This document shows, piece after piece, positions 10,603 to 18,807 of a stretch of DNA of 64,000 bases (the stretch's first letter is position 1; each line of letters starts with the position of its first letter). The translations under genes were made by a program, and so were the position numbers. The notes beneath the pieces are model-generated. The model was not told the origin of the DNA. It was given only the letters and a program-made list of their open reading frames with translations, and did no database searches. Source of the DNA: Spirochaetota bacterium (lineage in GTDB: Bacteria; Spirochaetota; UBA4802; JAFGDQ01); the NCBI GenBank assembly GCA_043803405.1, contig JAZDKB010000006.1:80354-144353 (forward strand), written 5' to 3'.

Positions 10603-12180
10603 ATGAAAGTCGTTACAGCCGAAGAAATGCAGAGAATCGACAGGATCACGATTGATGATACAGGTATTCCGGGTGAAGTGCTAATGGGATATGCCGGCAA
10701 ATCAATAGCCGACTATGTAATTTCTTCCTTCGATTCATTAAAAAAAATAGCCGTATTTTCCGGGACAGGGAATAACGGAGGTGACGGCTTTGTCATTGCG
10801 TATTTTCTTTTTAACAGGGGATTTGAAGTAGATATATATATAGCGGGAGATATTCATAAGATTTCAGATACTTCAAATGTATATCTGAACGTATGCAGAA
10901 AAAGCAGCATCAAAATTATTTTGATTGAAGACGAATTGGATAAAATTAACCTTGAGTGCTATGACCTGATAATTGACGCATTGCTGGGTACCGGTTTCAG
11001 GGGAAGCCCCAGGGGTGTCGTAAAGGATGTTATTGAGAAAGTTAACGACTCTTCTGTAGAAGTGCTCTCTGTAGATTTGCCGAGCGGCCTTCCTTCCGAC
11101 GGCGAGGCTCCCCGGGGTGCTGTTGTGAATGCTGACTATACTGTTACGATCGGCCTGCCGAAAGTGTCGCTCGTTACGCATCCCGGAATCCGCTACACTG
11201 GACGTCTTCACATTACCGATATAGGGTTTCCAGCAACGCTTTCCGCTTCGCCTGAGCTTCGGATCGATCTTCTTGACAGCGATTATGCAAAGCGGCATAT
11301 TAATTTATCTCTTGATGCCGATTCGCATAAAGGCAAAGCAGGCCACCTTTTGCTTGCGGGCGGATTTGACGGCATGGAGGGCGCAATAATAATGTCGGCT
11401 ATGTCCGCGTTTGAAACAGGTGTAGGCCTTGCGACATTACTTACAACGGAAAATGCCAGAAAAATTATTGCAGGCAGGATCCCGGAACTTATTACCAGAA
11501 CATTGCCTCCCTTTAATCTACAGAATCAACCGGATAATATCCTTAAAGAAATTACTGATTTTTTTAAAGAAGACAGGCATTATGATGCCATGATTTTAGG
11601 CCCTGGTATGGGCAGAACCGGATACGCATCGGTTATATTTAATTTTATTATTGATAATATAAAACACAGCGGGATTAAAAAAGTTTTAATTGACGGTGAC
11701 GGGCTTTATCATTTATCGGAATATTTAAAAACAAAAACCCTGCCAAAAAATATTTCATTCGTTTTAACTCCTCATTTCAGTGAAGCGTCGAGATTACTTG
11801 AAATGCCGGTTGATGAAATAATAAATAACAGGCTTAGTTCTGCAAAAGAACTGGCTAAACGGACTTCGTCTGTGGTTTTACTTAAGGGTCCGGCGACAAT
11901 TATTACGGACGGAAACAATACACTGATAAATTCTACAGGAAATCCCGCACTCGGGACAGCCGGTTCCGGAGACGTTCTTTCAGGTATTATCGGAGCGCTA
12001 TTTTTAAGGAACATGGCTGTTCCTGATTCTGCAGGCATTGGGGCATATGTTCACGGCCTATCAGGAGATATTTATGTTGAAGAGAATAATGTGCAGATTC
12101 TAAAAGCGACTGATATTATAAATAATATTCGCCTGTCTCTTGAGATAATTATGGAGAATGATGCCGATGTAAATATTTAG
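10603..12180 (+). CDS. nnr: Bifunctional NAD(P)H-hydrate epimerase/dehydratase
   Basis: GNNGGDG, DALLGTG, DLPSG, SHKG, GPGMG, TPHxxE, LGTAGSGDVLSG. Confidence 0.95.
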   Translation: MKVVTAEEMQRIDRITIDDTGIPGEVLMGYAGKSIADYVISSFDSLKKIAVFSGTGNNGGDGFVIAYFLFNRGFEVDIYIAGDIHKISDTSNVYLNVCRKSSIKIILIEDELDKINLECYDLIIDALLGTGFRGSPRGVVKDVIEKVNDSSVEVLSVDLPSGLPSDGEAPRGAVVNADYTVTIGLPKVSLVTHPGIRYTGRLHITDIGFPATLSASPELRIDLLDSDYAKRHINLSLDADSHKGKAGHLLLAGGFDGMEGAIIMSAMSAFETGVGLATLLTTENARKIIAGRIPELITRTLPPFNLQNQPDNILKEITDFFKEDRHYDAMILGPGMGRTGYASVIFNFIIDNIKHSGIKKVLIDGDGLYHLSEYLKTKTLPKNISFVLTPHFSEASRLLEMPVDEIINNRLSSAKELAKRTSSVVLLKGPATIITDGNNTLINSTGNPALGTAGSGDVLSGIIGALFLRNMAVPDSAGIGAYVHGLSGDIYVEENNVQILKATDIINNIRLSLEIIMENDADVNI

Positions 12181-12306
12181 GAAGAAATGCAGAAGCTCAT
12201 TTTTATCATGTTAAATACAAGTCATCTCAAAATTAAGATTAATATTCAATTTAAAGTCAGCTAATAAAATTTTATTTATAAGATGGGGTTAATAATAATT
12301 TATTTC

Positions 12307-12849
12307 TTAGAAGGAGCACTTTTTCACAGCCTCAATAAATTCCTTCATCATTGTAAGGTTTTTTACTCCGTCTTTTTCGACACTGCTGGAAACATCAACG
12401 CCAAAAGGATGAATTTCACGGATAATATCACATACATTGTCCTTGTTAAGTCCGCCGGCAATCAAAAGCTTATCCGATCTGTTTTTAATCCATTCAGGAA
12501 ATTTTTTAAAAACACCGCTGCCTGCGCTGGCATCATAAATAAAAAATTCATATTTAATACCGGGAGGAGGCATATCTTTTGACGCAAATGCTAGATTGGG
12601 CAATTGTCTGATTTCATATATTTGTATATAATCGAAAGCATGTGCAGCTTCTTCAACATCGCAAAAATTTATACCGACAACAAAAGTTTTAATTCTGCCT
12701 TTTGCGTATTCTGCTAATTTTATTGCATTTTCAGGAGGGCAATAGCGTTTACTTTTTTTGTAAGTGACAATTCCGATTGCATCATATCCGTACTCAATCG
12801 CTTTATCTATTTGTTCTTTTGTTTTTAATCCGCAAACCTTAGTGAACAT
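12307..12849 (-). CDS. trpF: Phosphoribosylanthranilate isomerase (short, orphan)
   Basis: KVCGL, IAGGLNKDNV, PFGVDVSSSVE. Confidence 0.85.
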   Translation of the reverse strand: MFTKVCGLKTKEQIDKAIEYGYDAIGIVTYKKSKRYCPPENAIKLAEYAKGRIKTFVVGINFCDVEEAAHAFDYIQIYEIRQLPNLAFASKDMPPPGIKYEFFIYDASAGSGVFKKFPEWIKNRSDKLLIAGGLNKDNVCDIIREIHPFGVDVSSSVEKDGVKNLTMMKEFIEAVKKCSF

Positions 12850-12902
12850 GTATAACTCTCTATTCTTCCAATAGGAATTTCTTTAAGATCTGACGAACAG
12901 GA

Positions 12903-13211
12903 TTATACTCTCCTTCTATCGGTAATTACCCTTCGATCGCTTAGGCGTCTTTCCGTATTAACTTCAATCGTTTCATTTGTTCCTGCGAGTTCCACTTTAA
13001 CATTGCTAAATCCGATTGTTAATATCCTTCGGTCATTAGCGCGCGCTGTCCCTCTGTTCATGAATAATCTTCTTTCGTTAATTCGTCTGTCGAACACTCC
13101 TCCATGATTACGGGAAAACTTGTAAAATATAAAATATCCTGTAATTAATAGAATTTCGATGATTAAAAAAATATAGAATTCTGCATCAAATGCTATTAAA
13201 TTGTTAAACAT
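12903..13211 (-). CDS. Small membrane protein with repeated (D/E)RR motifs
   Basis: N-terminal TM helix; DRRINERR, NDRR, ERRLSDRRVITDRRR; GGAG upstream. Confidence 0.6.
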   Translation of the reverse strand: MFNNLIAFDAEFYIFLIIEILLITGYFIFYKFSRNHGGVFDRRINERRLFMNRGTARANDRRILTIGFSNVKVELAGTNETIEVNTERRLSDRRVITDRRRV

Positions 13212-13377
13212 TTTTGAACACTCCGTATTTATTTATTTCAATAAAATACAAATTCAAAAATATCGACAATAATGATATCAGTTAGATATACGGAAAAATT
13301 GCAGAAAATATTAGCTATTTTAAACGCTTTGTCAAGAAAATTGGGAAACTGCTGCAGGTTAATTTGGTTGTGACAGA

Positions 13378-13423
13378 GGGCGCCGGTGTAATTAATGACT
13401 TTTAAACAAAATAACCGGCACCC
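13378..13423 (-). terminator. Hairpin downstream of the CsgG-like gene
   Basis: GGGTGCCGGT...ACCGGCGCCC on the minus strand, 10-bp stem with one G-U pair. Confidence 0.4.
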
Positions 13424-13468
13424 ATACGAATAATGAAATATTATAATCCCGGTATAGGTTTTACCATG

Positions 13469-14086
13469 CTATTTGGCTTTAGCAGGTTCAGGCGATGCTG
13501 CTTTTGTTTCTTCCTTGGGTCTGGCAGCAGCTTCAGCAGCTTTTTGCCTGGCTTCTTTCTTTCTCTCAATAGTGTTCATGGCATCAATAACTTCGGAAAC
13601 CATATCTCTGGCAAGATCATCGTATCTTGGGTTTTTGCCTTCGGCCATTCGAATTGTAACCATATGAGTTCCGGTTTCGACGCTTATCATCTTTAATGAA
13701 AAAGATTTTATGCAATTGTAGCCTTTAACTTCTTCTGCTGTGCCGCGTCCCAGAATAATGGCGTCTACTCCGAGCTTTTTCCCAATTGCCGCAGCTTTTC
13801 TTTCGTCTATTAAACCTGTCATTGAAAGCTTGTCTTCATCAATCAGTTTGTCGAGCGCTTCCCTCTCAACTACATCAACTTTTTCGGATTTGACAAACTG
13901 ATGCGATACAGCGTCGGAGAATTCGGATCCGCATTTTGTGCCTGTTATCTGAAAAGGAAAAACAACCACTTTTTCTATCTTTTTCTGTGTGTCGAATTTG
14001 TTCGAAACAGCAACATCCAGGCTGGAACATCCGGCAAGGCCTGCAACAATAAAGAAAATAGCCGTTAAATTTAATTTGTTTAACAT
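13469..14086 (-). CDS. CsgG/HfaB family lipoprotein
   Basis: Lipobox LAGC; VVEREALDKLIDEDKLSMTGLIDE..AAAIGKKLGVDAIILG. Confidence 0.8.
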   Translation of the reverse strand: MLNKLNLTAIFFIVAGLAGCSSLDVAVSNKFDTQKKIEKVVVFPFQITGTKCGSEFSDAVSHQFVKSEKVDVVEREALDKLIDEDKLSMTGLIDERKAAAIGKKLGVDAIILGRGTAEEVKGYNCIKSFSLKMISVETGTHMVTIRMAEGKNPRYDDLARDMVSEVIDAMNTIERKKEARQKAAEAAARPKEETKAASPEPAKAK

Positions 14087-14198
14087 CTGGACTCCCTTAA
14101 TTTAAGCAATTAATTTTTAAACAATGCAGTTAATAAATTAATTGTGTTGTAAATTTTAAGTCAAACGTAATTTCAATAATAACTGCAATTTATATATA

Positions 14199-14504
14199 TT
14201 ATTCGATGACGATTCCATTGCCGGTCTTCATGTGCTCGATCTCTATACGTTTAACGAACTCAATTCTGCCACGCGAATCGAGTCGAAATCCATTCTCGTT
14301 GCACCACTTGGTAAATGTTTCCGGATCGATATCTGCACGAATAGCGATATCGCCGCTATCCTTGATTTCTTTGATTTGTCTTTTAACAAAAGCCTGCCAC
14401 TCTTTAAATGTGGATGGCATATTTTTGGAATCGATAAAGAGATCAAACGCTTTGCGATAAGTAATCTCATCCTTGTACCATGCAATTCCTGTGACATTTT
14501 TCAT
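14199..14504 (-). CDS. Conserved hypothetical protein
   Basis: Strong SD (AAAGGAGG); GIAWY..MPSTFKEW..IDPETFTKWC pattern. Confidence 0.75.
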   Translation of the reverse strand: MKNVTGIAWYKDEITYRKAFDLFIDSKNMPSTFKEWQAFVKRQIKEIKDSGDIAIRADIDPETFTKWCNENGFRLDSRGRIEFVKRIEIEHMKTGNGIVIE

Positions 14505-14622
14505 TCCGATACCTCCTTTGGTTTACGATTGTATAAGCAAGCACCCGGTTTTGGCAAAAGCATATTTTTTTCGGGTATCCGACTTGACGCTATAAGATAT
14601 TAAATTGATTATAATTATTGTC

Positions 14623-15804
14623 TCATTTTATTGCTAATTTTTTAATTAAGTTTTTAGGTAAACCATATTTATTTATCATAACTGATATGGTTTTTGCAAG
14701 AATATAAGATTCAGACATATAAATGAAACCGCTGTGCTTCTTATCCTTCGTTCCTCTGGAGTCTTTGGCAATATAATATCCGGTATTATTTTGATCTTTC
14801 GCTATTCCAATAATATGCATTATATGATTATCTTCGGAAGCATAATTATTAAATAATTCCTGACGGAGTTCCTGGGTCACTTTTTTTTCAGTTTCAGGTG
14901 AATTGCAAATACTGTCTTTTTCCGCCTCAGTTCTATCGTACCAGTCTTTTAACGGAAGAATGGCAATCCCTTTCTTTAAGTTAAAACTTTTTTCACTGGT
15001 ATCACCTTCCCAGCAGACTGAATATCCGTTTTCTATCGCGTAATTAATTACCAGGATAAAATCATTTATTGGCAGATTATAAAATTTACCTAATGACCAG
15101 TTATCAGGTATTTCCAGTATGAACCTGGAGTAAAACGGATGGTGCGTATAGGAAGTTATTTCTATATAATCGTCCGGATCAATGGCACATTCCTTAAGAA
15201 ATATTTTAGGCGTGTAGGTCTTTCCGTTATAGATAAAATTTTCCGGATGTTTTCCGAGATACGCATCTAAAATCGAGTCAATTGCATTCGGCCATACATT
15301 ACTTATTTTACCGTTATCATTTTTTACAATCCCGTCAATTGCTCCTCTTAACACCGCATCCATTTCTATGTGATTGAGTCTTTTATCTTTGAGATATCTG
15401 CCTTTATATATTTCCTCAGGCACAATGCCAAACTCTCTGATGACATTAATCACATCATGGGCGAGGCTGCCGGGTCCAAAAACTGTTTCCCCGTGCATCC
15501 TGACATAATTCCTGGTTTTTGATGGATAAGTATATCTTACGATAAACATTTCCGATAAATCGATATCGCCTTTTCCATATCTGATAAGTTCTGTTTCTAT
15601 AAATGAAATTGTACCAAAGCTCCAGCATGTGGCTGTAAACCCCTGATCTTTAACGGATGTGGTTCTAATATTTTTTATAATAGTAAATTCAAAACCGCTT
15701 TTGCTTTTTTCTTTTTCGCCCGGAGCGCCGAATACAGATGAATTTATTGACAGTAAAATAAAAATAACAGGATATATTATGGAATAATTATTTTTTTTAT
15801 TCAT
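14623..15804 (-). CDS. Secreted C1 family cysteine aminopeptidase (PepC/bleomycin hydrolase-like)
   Basis: KDQGFTATCWSF (Cys), NHIMHIIG (His), signal peptide; start moved to the Met at 15804. Confidence 0.85.
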   Translation of the reverse strand: MNKKNNYSIIYPVIFILLSINSSVFGAPGEKEKSKSGFEFTIIKNIRTTSVKDQGFTATCWSFGTISFIETELIRYGKGDIDLSEMFIVRYTYPSKTRNYVRMHGETVFGPGSLAHDVINVIREFGIVPEEIYKGRYLKDKRLNHIEMDAVLRGAIDGIVKNDNGKISNVWPNAIDSILDAYLGKHPENFIYNGKTYTPKIFLKECAIDPDDYIEITSYTHHPFYSRFILEIPDNWSLGKFYNLPINDFILVINYAIENGYSVCWEGDTSEKSFNLKKGIAILPLKDWYDRTEAEKDSICNSPETEKKVTQELRQELFNNYASEDNHIMHIIGIAKDQNNTGYYIAKDSRGTKDKKHSGFIYMSESYILAKTISVMINKYGLPKNLIKKLAIK

Positions 15805-15871
15805 AAAATTTCTCTTATTATTTGCCATTATACACCGGGGGTTTGCCCCGGGGAATTTTATTCTCACAAGA

Positions 15872-16186
15872 CTATCCGTACGAACAGCAATAATCCGCTA
15901 TACCCTTAAGTATCAGTTTGAAGGAGGAGTTGGAAGATACTTCAAAGGATTGACCGGTTTTAAAGGTTTGCCAGTCTTTTTGATTCGGCAGGAGCACATC
16001 CATTTCACCGTTCAGCATTTCCATCACCTCGCGGGATCCGGTGCTGAATTCGTATTCGCCGGGCATCATGAAACCGAGTGTTTTACGTGTACCATCTGCG
16101 AAAAGGACTGTGCGGCTGGTGACTTTCCCGTCGAAATATACGTTGGCTTTCTTAACAATAGTAACATTTTCAAATTTATCCGACAT
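15872..16186 (-). CDS. ppnP: Pyrimidine/purine nucleoside phosphorylase (DUF1255)
   Basis: [37 protein letters not shown]. Confidence 0.92.
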   Translation of the reverse strand: MSDKFENVTIVKKANVYFDGKVTSRTVLFADGTRKTLGFMMPGEYEFSTGSREVMEMLNGEMDVLLPNQKDWQTFKTGQSFEVSSNSSFKLILKGIADYCCSYG

Positions 16187-16238
16187 ATTGTATTTCTCCT
16201 TTAAGGTTATTATTGCTTTTTATTGAATTTAGTTCGAC

Positions 16239-16286
16239 GCCTTGAAACATAATACCTTTGCTTTCGCGTCGGCTGACGCCGGAGGC
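16239..16286. repeat. 48-bp repeat, copy 1 (ppnP/usp intergenic)
   Basis: 41/48 identical to 16933-16980; GCGTC-GGCT-GACGC hairpin. Confidence 0.85.
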
Positions 16287-16462
16287 TTTAAACGCATAAG
16301 CGCAGAAAGTAGTATGACATAGAATCCAAAATAAATGCAATTCGTTTTTAAAAAGAAAGCGGAAAAAAATATTTTGACTCTTACATTTGTTAATGATAAA
16401 ATCACTATAGTCACATGAGATTTTTACCGCTCTCATATAAAAAAAATAAAAGGGGGCTGTAT

Positions 16463-16909
16463 ATGTTTAATCCAAAAAATATTTTAGTACCTACAGATTT
16501 TTCATCCAATTCGGAAAAAGCATTTCAGGTTGCTATTGATATTGCGAAACAAGCCAAAGCGTCTATAACACTGCTGCACGTGATTAATGTATTCCAGCAA
16601 TACGCAACAGATTATTATTTTGACATTGAAGCCCTGAAAAAGTTGGAAAATGGCGCAACTACTGTATCCAAAGATATACTGAAGAAAATGATTGATAAAT
16701 TTCCGGAAACGAAAAATATAACAGTTAAGTTCGACGTTAAAAACGGAGATCCCTATCAGGAAATATTAAACGAACAGGATTCCAAAAAAATAGATCTGAT
16801 CGTCATTGCTTCACATACAGGCAACACATTTTTGCATCATTTACTGGGAAGCATGACGGAAAAAATTACGCGGTTAGCCAAGTGTTCGGTACTGGTTGTA
16901 AAAAATTAA
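16463..16909 (+). CDS. Universal stress protein
   Basis: KNILVPTDFS, LLHV, GDPYQEI, DLIVIAS, LLGSMTEKI...CSVLVV; AGGGGG SD before ATG 16463. Confidence 0.93.
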   Translation: MFNPKNILVPTDFSSNSEKAFQVAIDIAKQAKASITLLHVINVFQQYATDYYFDIEALKKLENGATTVSKDILKKMIDKFPETKNITVKFDVKNGDPYQEILNEQDSKKIDLIVIASHTGNTFLHHLLGSMTEKITRLAKCSVLVVKN

Positions 16910-16932
16910 TATTTTTTCAGGTTTATTCCAAG

Positions 16933-16980
16933 GCCTTGAAATATAATACCTTCGTTTTCGTGTCGGCCGACACCGGTGGC
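16933..16980. repeat. 48-bp repeat, copy 2 (downstream of usp)
   Basis: Direct repeat of 16239-16286; perfect palindrome GTGTCGGCCGACAC. Confidence 0.85.
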
Positions 16981-17018
16981 GGCTGGTATGTCAGTACCAG
17001 GGGCTTACCCCCAATGTC

Positions 17019-17270
17019 AGCATCTCCGAGGCTCTCTGGAGAATCCCGGAGACTCTCAGAAGCGACATGGAGATGGTCCCGAGCGCCTCGGAGATGCTAC
17101 GGAGTGGCACTGAGTCACTGTGGAGAAGCAAAATCCCACTTTTGAGTGGCACCGAGTCACTCCGGGATGGCAAAATCTCACTTTTAAGAGGCATGGAGTC
17201 ACTCTGGAATGACAAAATCCCAATTCGGAGTGACTCCATGCCTCTTTTTAGCAATAAAATCATTTTTTAG
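17019..17270. repeat. Array of twelve in-phase 21-bp units with a dyad-symmetric consensus
   Basis: Units start every 21 nt from 17019; AG at positions 1-2 in 10/12, C6 in 11/12, T17 in 12/12; A/B alternation gives a 42-bp higher-order period. Confidence 0.9.
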
Positions 17271-17276
17271 AGGATT

Positions 17277-17747
17277 TTATGAGGTTTTATCTCCTTTTTT
17301 CTTTGATTTCTTGAAAAAAGGTGCCATTTCTTCAGCAACTGCGTTTAAACCTGCAACTTTACTCTGATTTTTCTTAACAGCATCGTAAACCTCAAGAGCG
17401 CCTATTAGTGTATCGCTTGAAGCAGCAGTCAAAGTATTGTTTAACCCTTTTGCAAGCTCGTTGACCTGGCCGCAGATAAGCGAAAGGTCTTTATAAATGA
17501 GATAATCCTTTTTAAACTCATCAATATCGAACACCCTGGACATAATTTCCGGATGGCTGTTTGCTGTGTTGAATGCCAGTTCAACAAAAGGCGCATAATT
17601 GTTGCCCGGTTTAAAAAGAGATGTTATTTCTTCTGCCTTAAGTGTAAGAAGAAAATTGAGCGAGGTTTGAATACTCAGAATCTTTGCCATGACATCCTGC
17701 TTTGTCTCCGGCGTAATTGAAGCTGAAACCAGATTTTGTGTGGACAT
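17277..17747 (-). CDS. Uncharacterised 156-aa alpha-helical protein immediately upstream of the 21-bp array
   Basis: AGGAG SD before ATG 17747; MSTQNLVSASIT...FVELAF...HPEI...FDIDEFKKD...ALEVYDAVK...basic C-terminal tail. Confidence 0.85.
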   Translation of the reverse strand: MSTQNLVSASITPETKQDVMAKILSIQTSLNFLLTLKAEEITSLFKPGNNYAPFVELAFNTANSHPEIMSRVFDIDEFKKDYLIYKDLSLICGQVNELAKGLNNTLTAASSDTLIGALEVYDAVKKNQSKVAGLNAVAEEMAPFFKKSKKKGDKTS

Positions 17748-18084
17748 AATAATGTCTCCTGTGAAATTAATTTTCGATTTTGCGGGCAATGGCATAGCAT
17801 GGAGACGTAAGATAATCTAAAGTTGGAACGAAACAAAATTTGCAAAATCAGCCAGCCTAACAGGTAATGCGCGCAGTATGCAAGCAATTAATTAAAAATT
17901 TTTCCGGTAAAGTCAAAATAGTTTAATTATTATACTATTTATTATTACAAGGCACTGAAACAAAATACATTTAGTGCAGCACCATGTGCATGATATTATA
18001 TTGACAGGTTTGCCTGATACGCGGAAAGACAATTTGAAGCATTGAAAATCATTATAAAAATAGTTGACTGATGCTGGCGTATAC

Positions 18085-18106
18085 ACTATCACTACTTTAT
18101 GATAGT
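18085..18106. promoter_or_regulatory. Candidate TA operator overlapping the toxin start codon
   Basis: ACTATCA-N8-TGATAGT inverted repeat; TTGACT at 18064. Confidence 0.4.
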
Positions 18107-18539
18107 TGTGATCGATACAAATGTTCTTTATCAGGCGCTCCGCAGTAAAAAAGGGGCTTCCTATTATATTTTAAAGCTCATAAGAAATCAAAAAATAACT
18201 ATTGCATTATCTTTGCCAGTATTTAAAGAATATGAGGATGTACTTAAACGGCCGGATAAACTGTCCGATTTAAAATTGAATTCATCCGATGTTGATAAAA
18301 TTCTTCGCTTTCTTGCATACATCGGAAAACCGACAACAATTTATTATCTATTCAGGCCGAACTTAAAAGATGAGAAAGATAATATATTCATCGAATTAGC
18401 TGTTGCAAGTAATTCCGAATATATAATAACAAGCAATAAGAGAGATTTTATTCATTCAAATGAACTTAAGTTCGATGATATCAAAATTATAACACCTGCG
18501 GAATTTGTTGAGTTATGGAGGAAAGAAAATGAAAGCTAA
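18099..18539 (+). CDS. PIN-domain toxin (VapC-like)
   Basis: VVIDTNVL, EYEDV, RPNLKDEKDNIFIELAVAS..YIITSNKRDF. Confidence 0.9.
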   Translation: MIVVIDTNVLYQALRSKKGASYYILKLIRNQKITIALSLPVFKEYEDVLKRPDKLSDLKLNSSDVDKILRFLAYIGKPTTIYYLFRPNLKDEKDNIFIELAVASNSEYIITSNKRDFIHSNELKFDDIKIITPAEFVELWRKENES

Positions 18540-18792
18540 GGCAAGTGTTCTCACTATACGTATTCCAAATGAATTGAAGCATAGGATAGAAAAAATTGCC
18601 GACCAGCAGGGCATATCGATTAATCAGCTTGCTTTGTATGCCTTTACCAAAGAAATTCAGGAAATGGAAACATTCAAAAGTTTTTCAAAATACTGGAAGA
18701 ATAAATCAAAAAAGGAATTGTTTAATGATTTTGATTCCGTAATGCTGAAAGCTGGAAACGGTCCGGTTCCTGATTGGGATAAATTAAAATAG
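18529..18792 (+). CDS. RHH/HicB-like antitoxin
   Basis: LTIRIPNELKHRIEKIADQQGISINQL; overlaps the toxin stop; GGAGG SD. Confidence 0.85.
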   Translation: MKAKASVLTIRIPNELKHRIEKIADQQGISINQLALYAFTKEIQEMETFKSFSKYWKNKSKKELFNDFDSVMLKAGNGPVPDWDKLK

Positions 18793-18807
18793 GAAAGAAT
18801 AATATAT

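Noticed and set aside
16239..16270. dif/Xer site (minus-strand AAGGTA-TTATGTTTCAA)
   Set aside because: Only a partial XerD-arm resemblance; there is no XerC arm.
17019..17270. The array as a CRISPR or TIGR-type array
   Set aside because: There is no identical repeat with unique spacers, the period is 21/42 bp, no box C/D motifs are evident, and the neighbouring protein shows no Cas or Nop-domain features.
16991..17270. ORFs 16991..17263(-), 17067..17270(+) and 16882..17145(+) as genes
   Set aside because: The open frames follow from the 21-bp period and dyad symmetry, and the minus-strand ORF has no SD. Kept only as an alternative hypothesis.
12200..18800. Integron cassette array
   Set aside because: No integrase and no convincing RYYYAAC...GTTRRRY attC sites were seen by eye.
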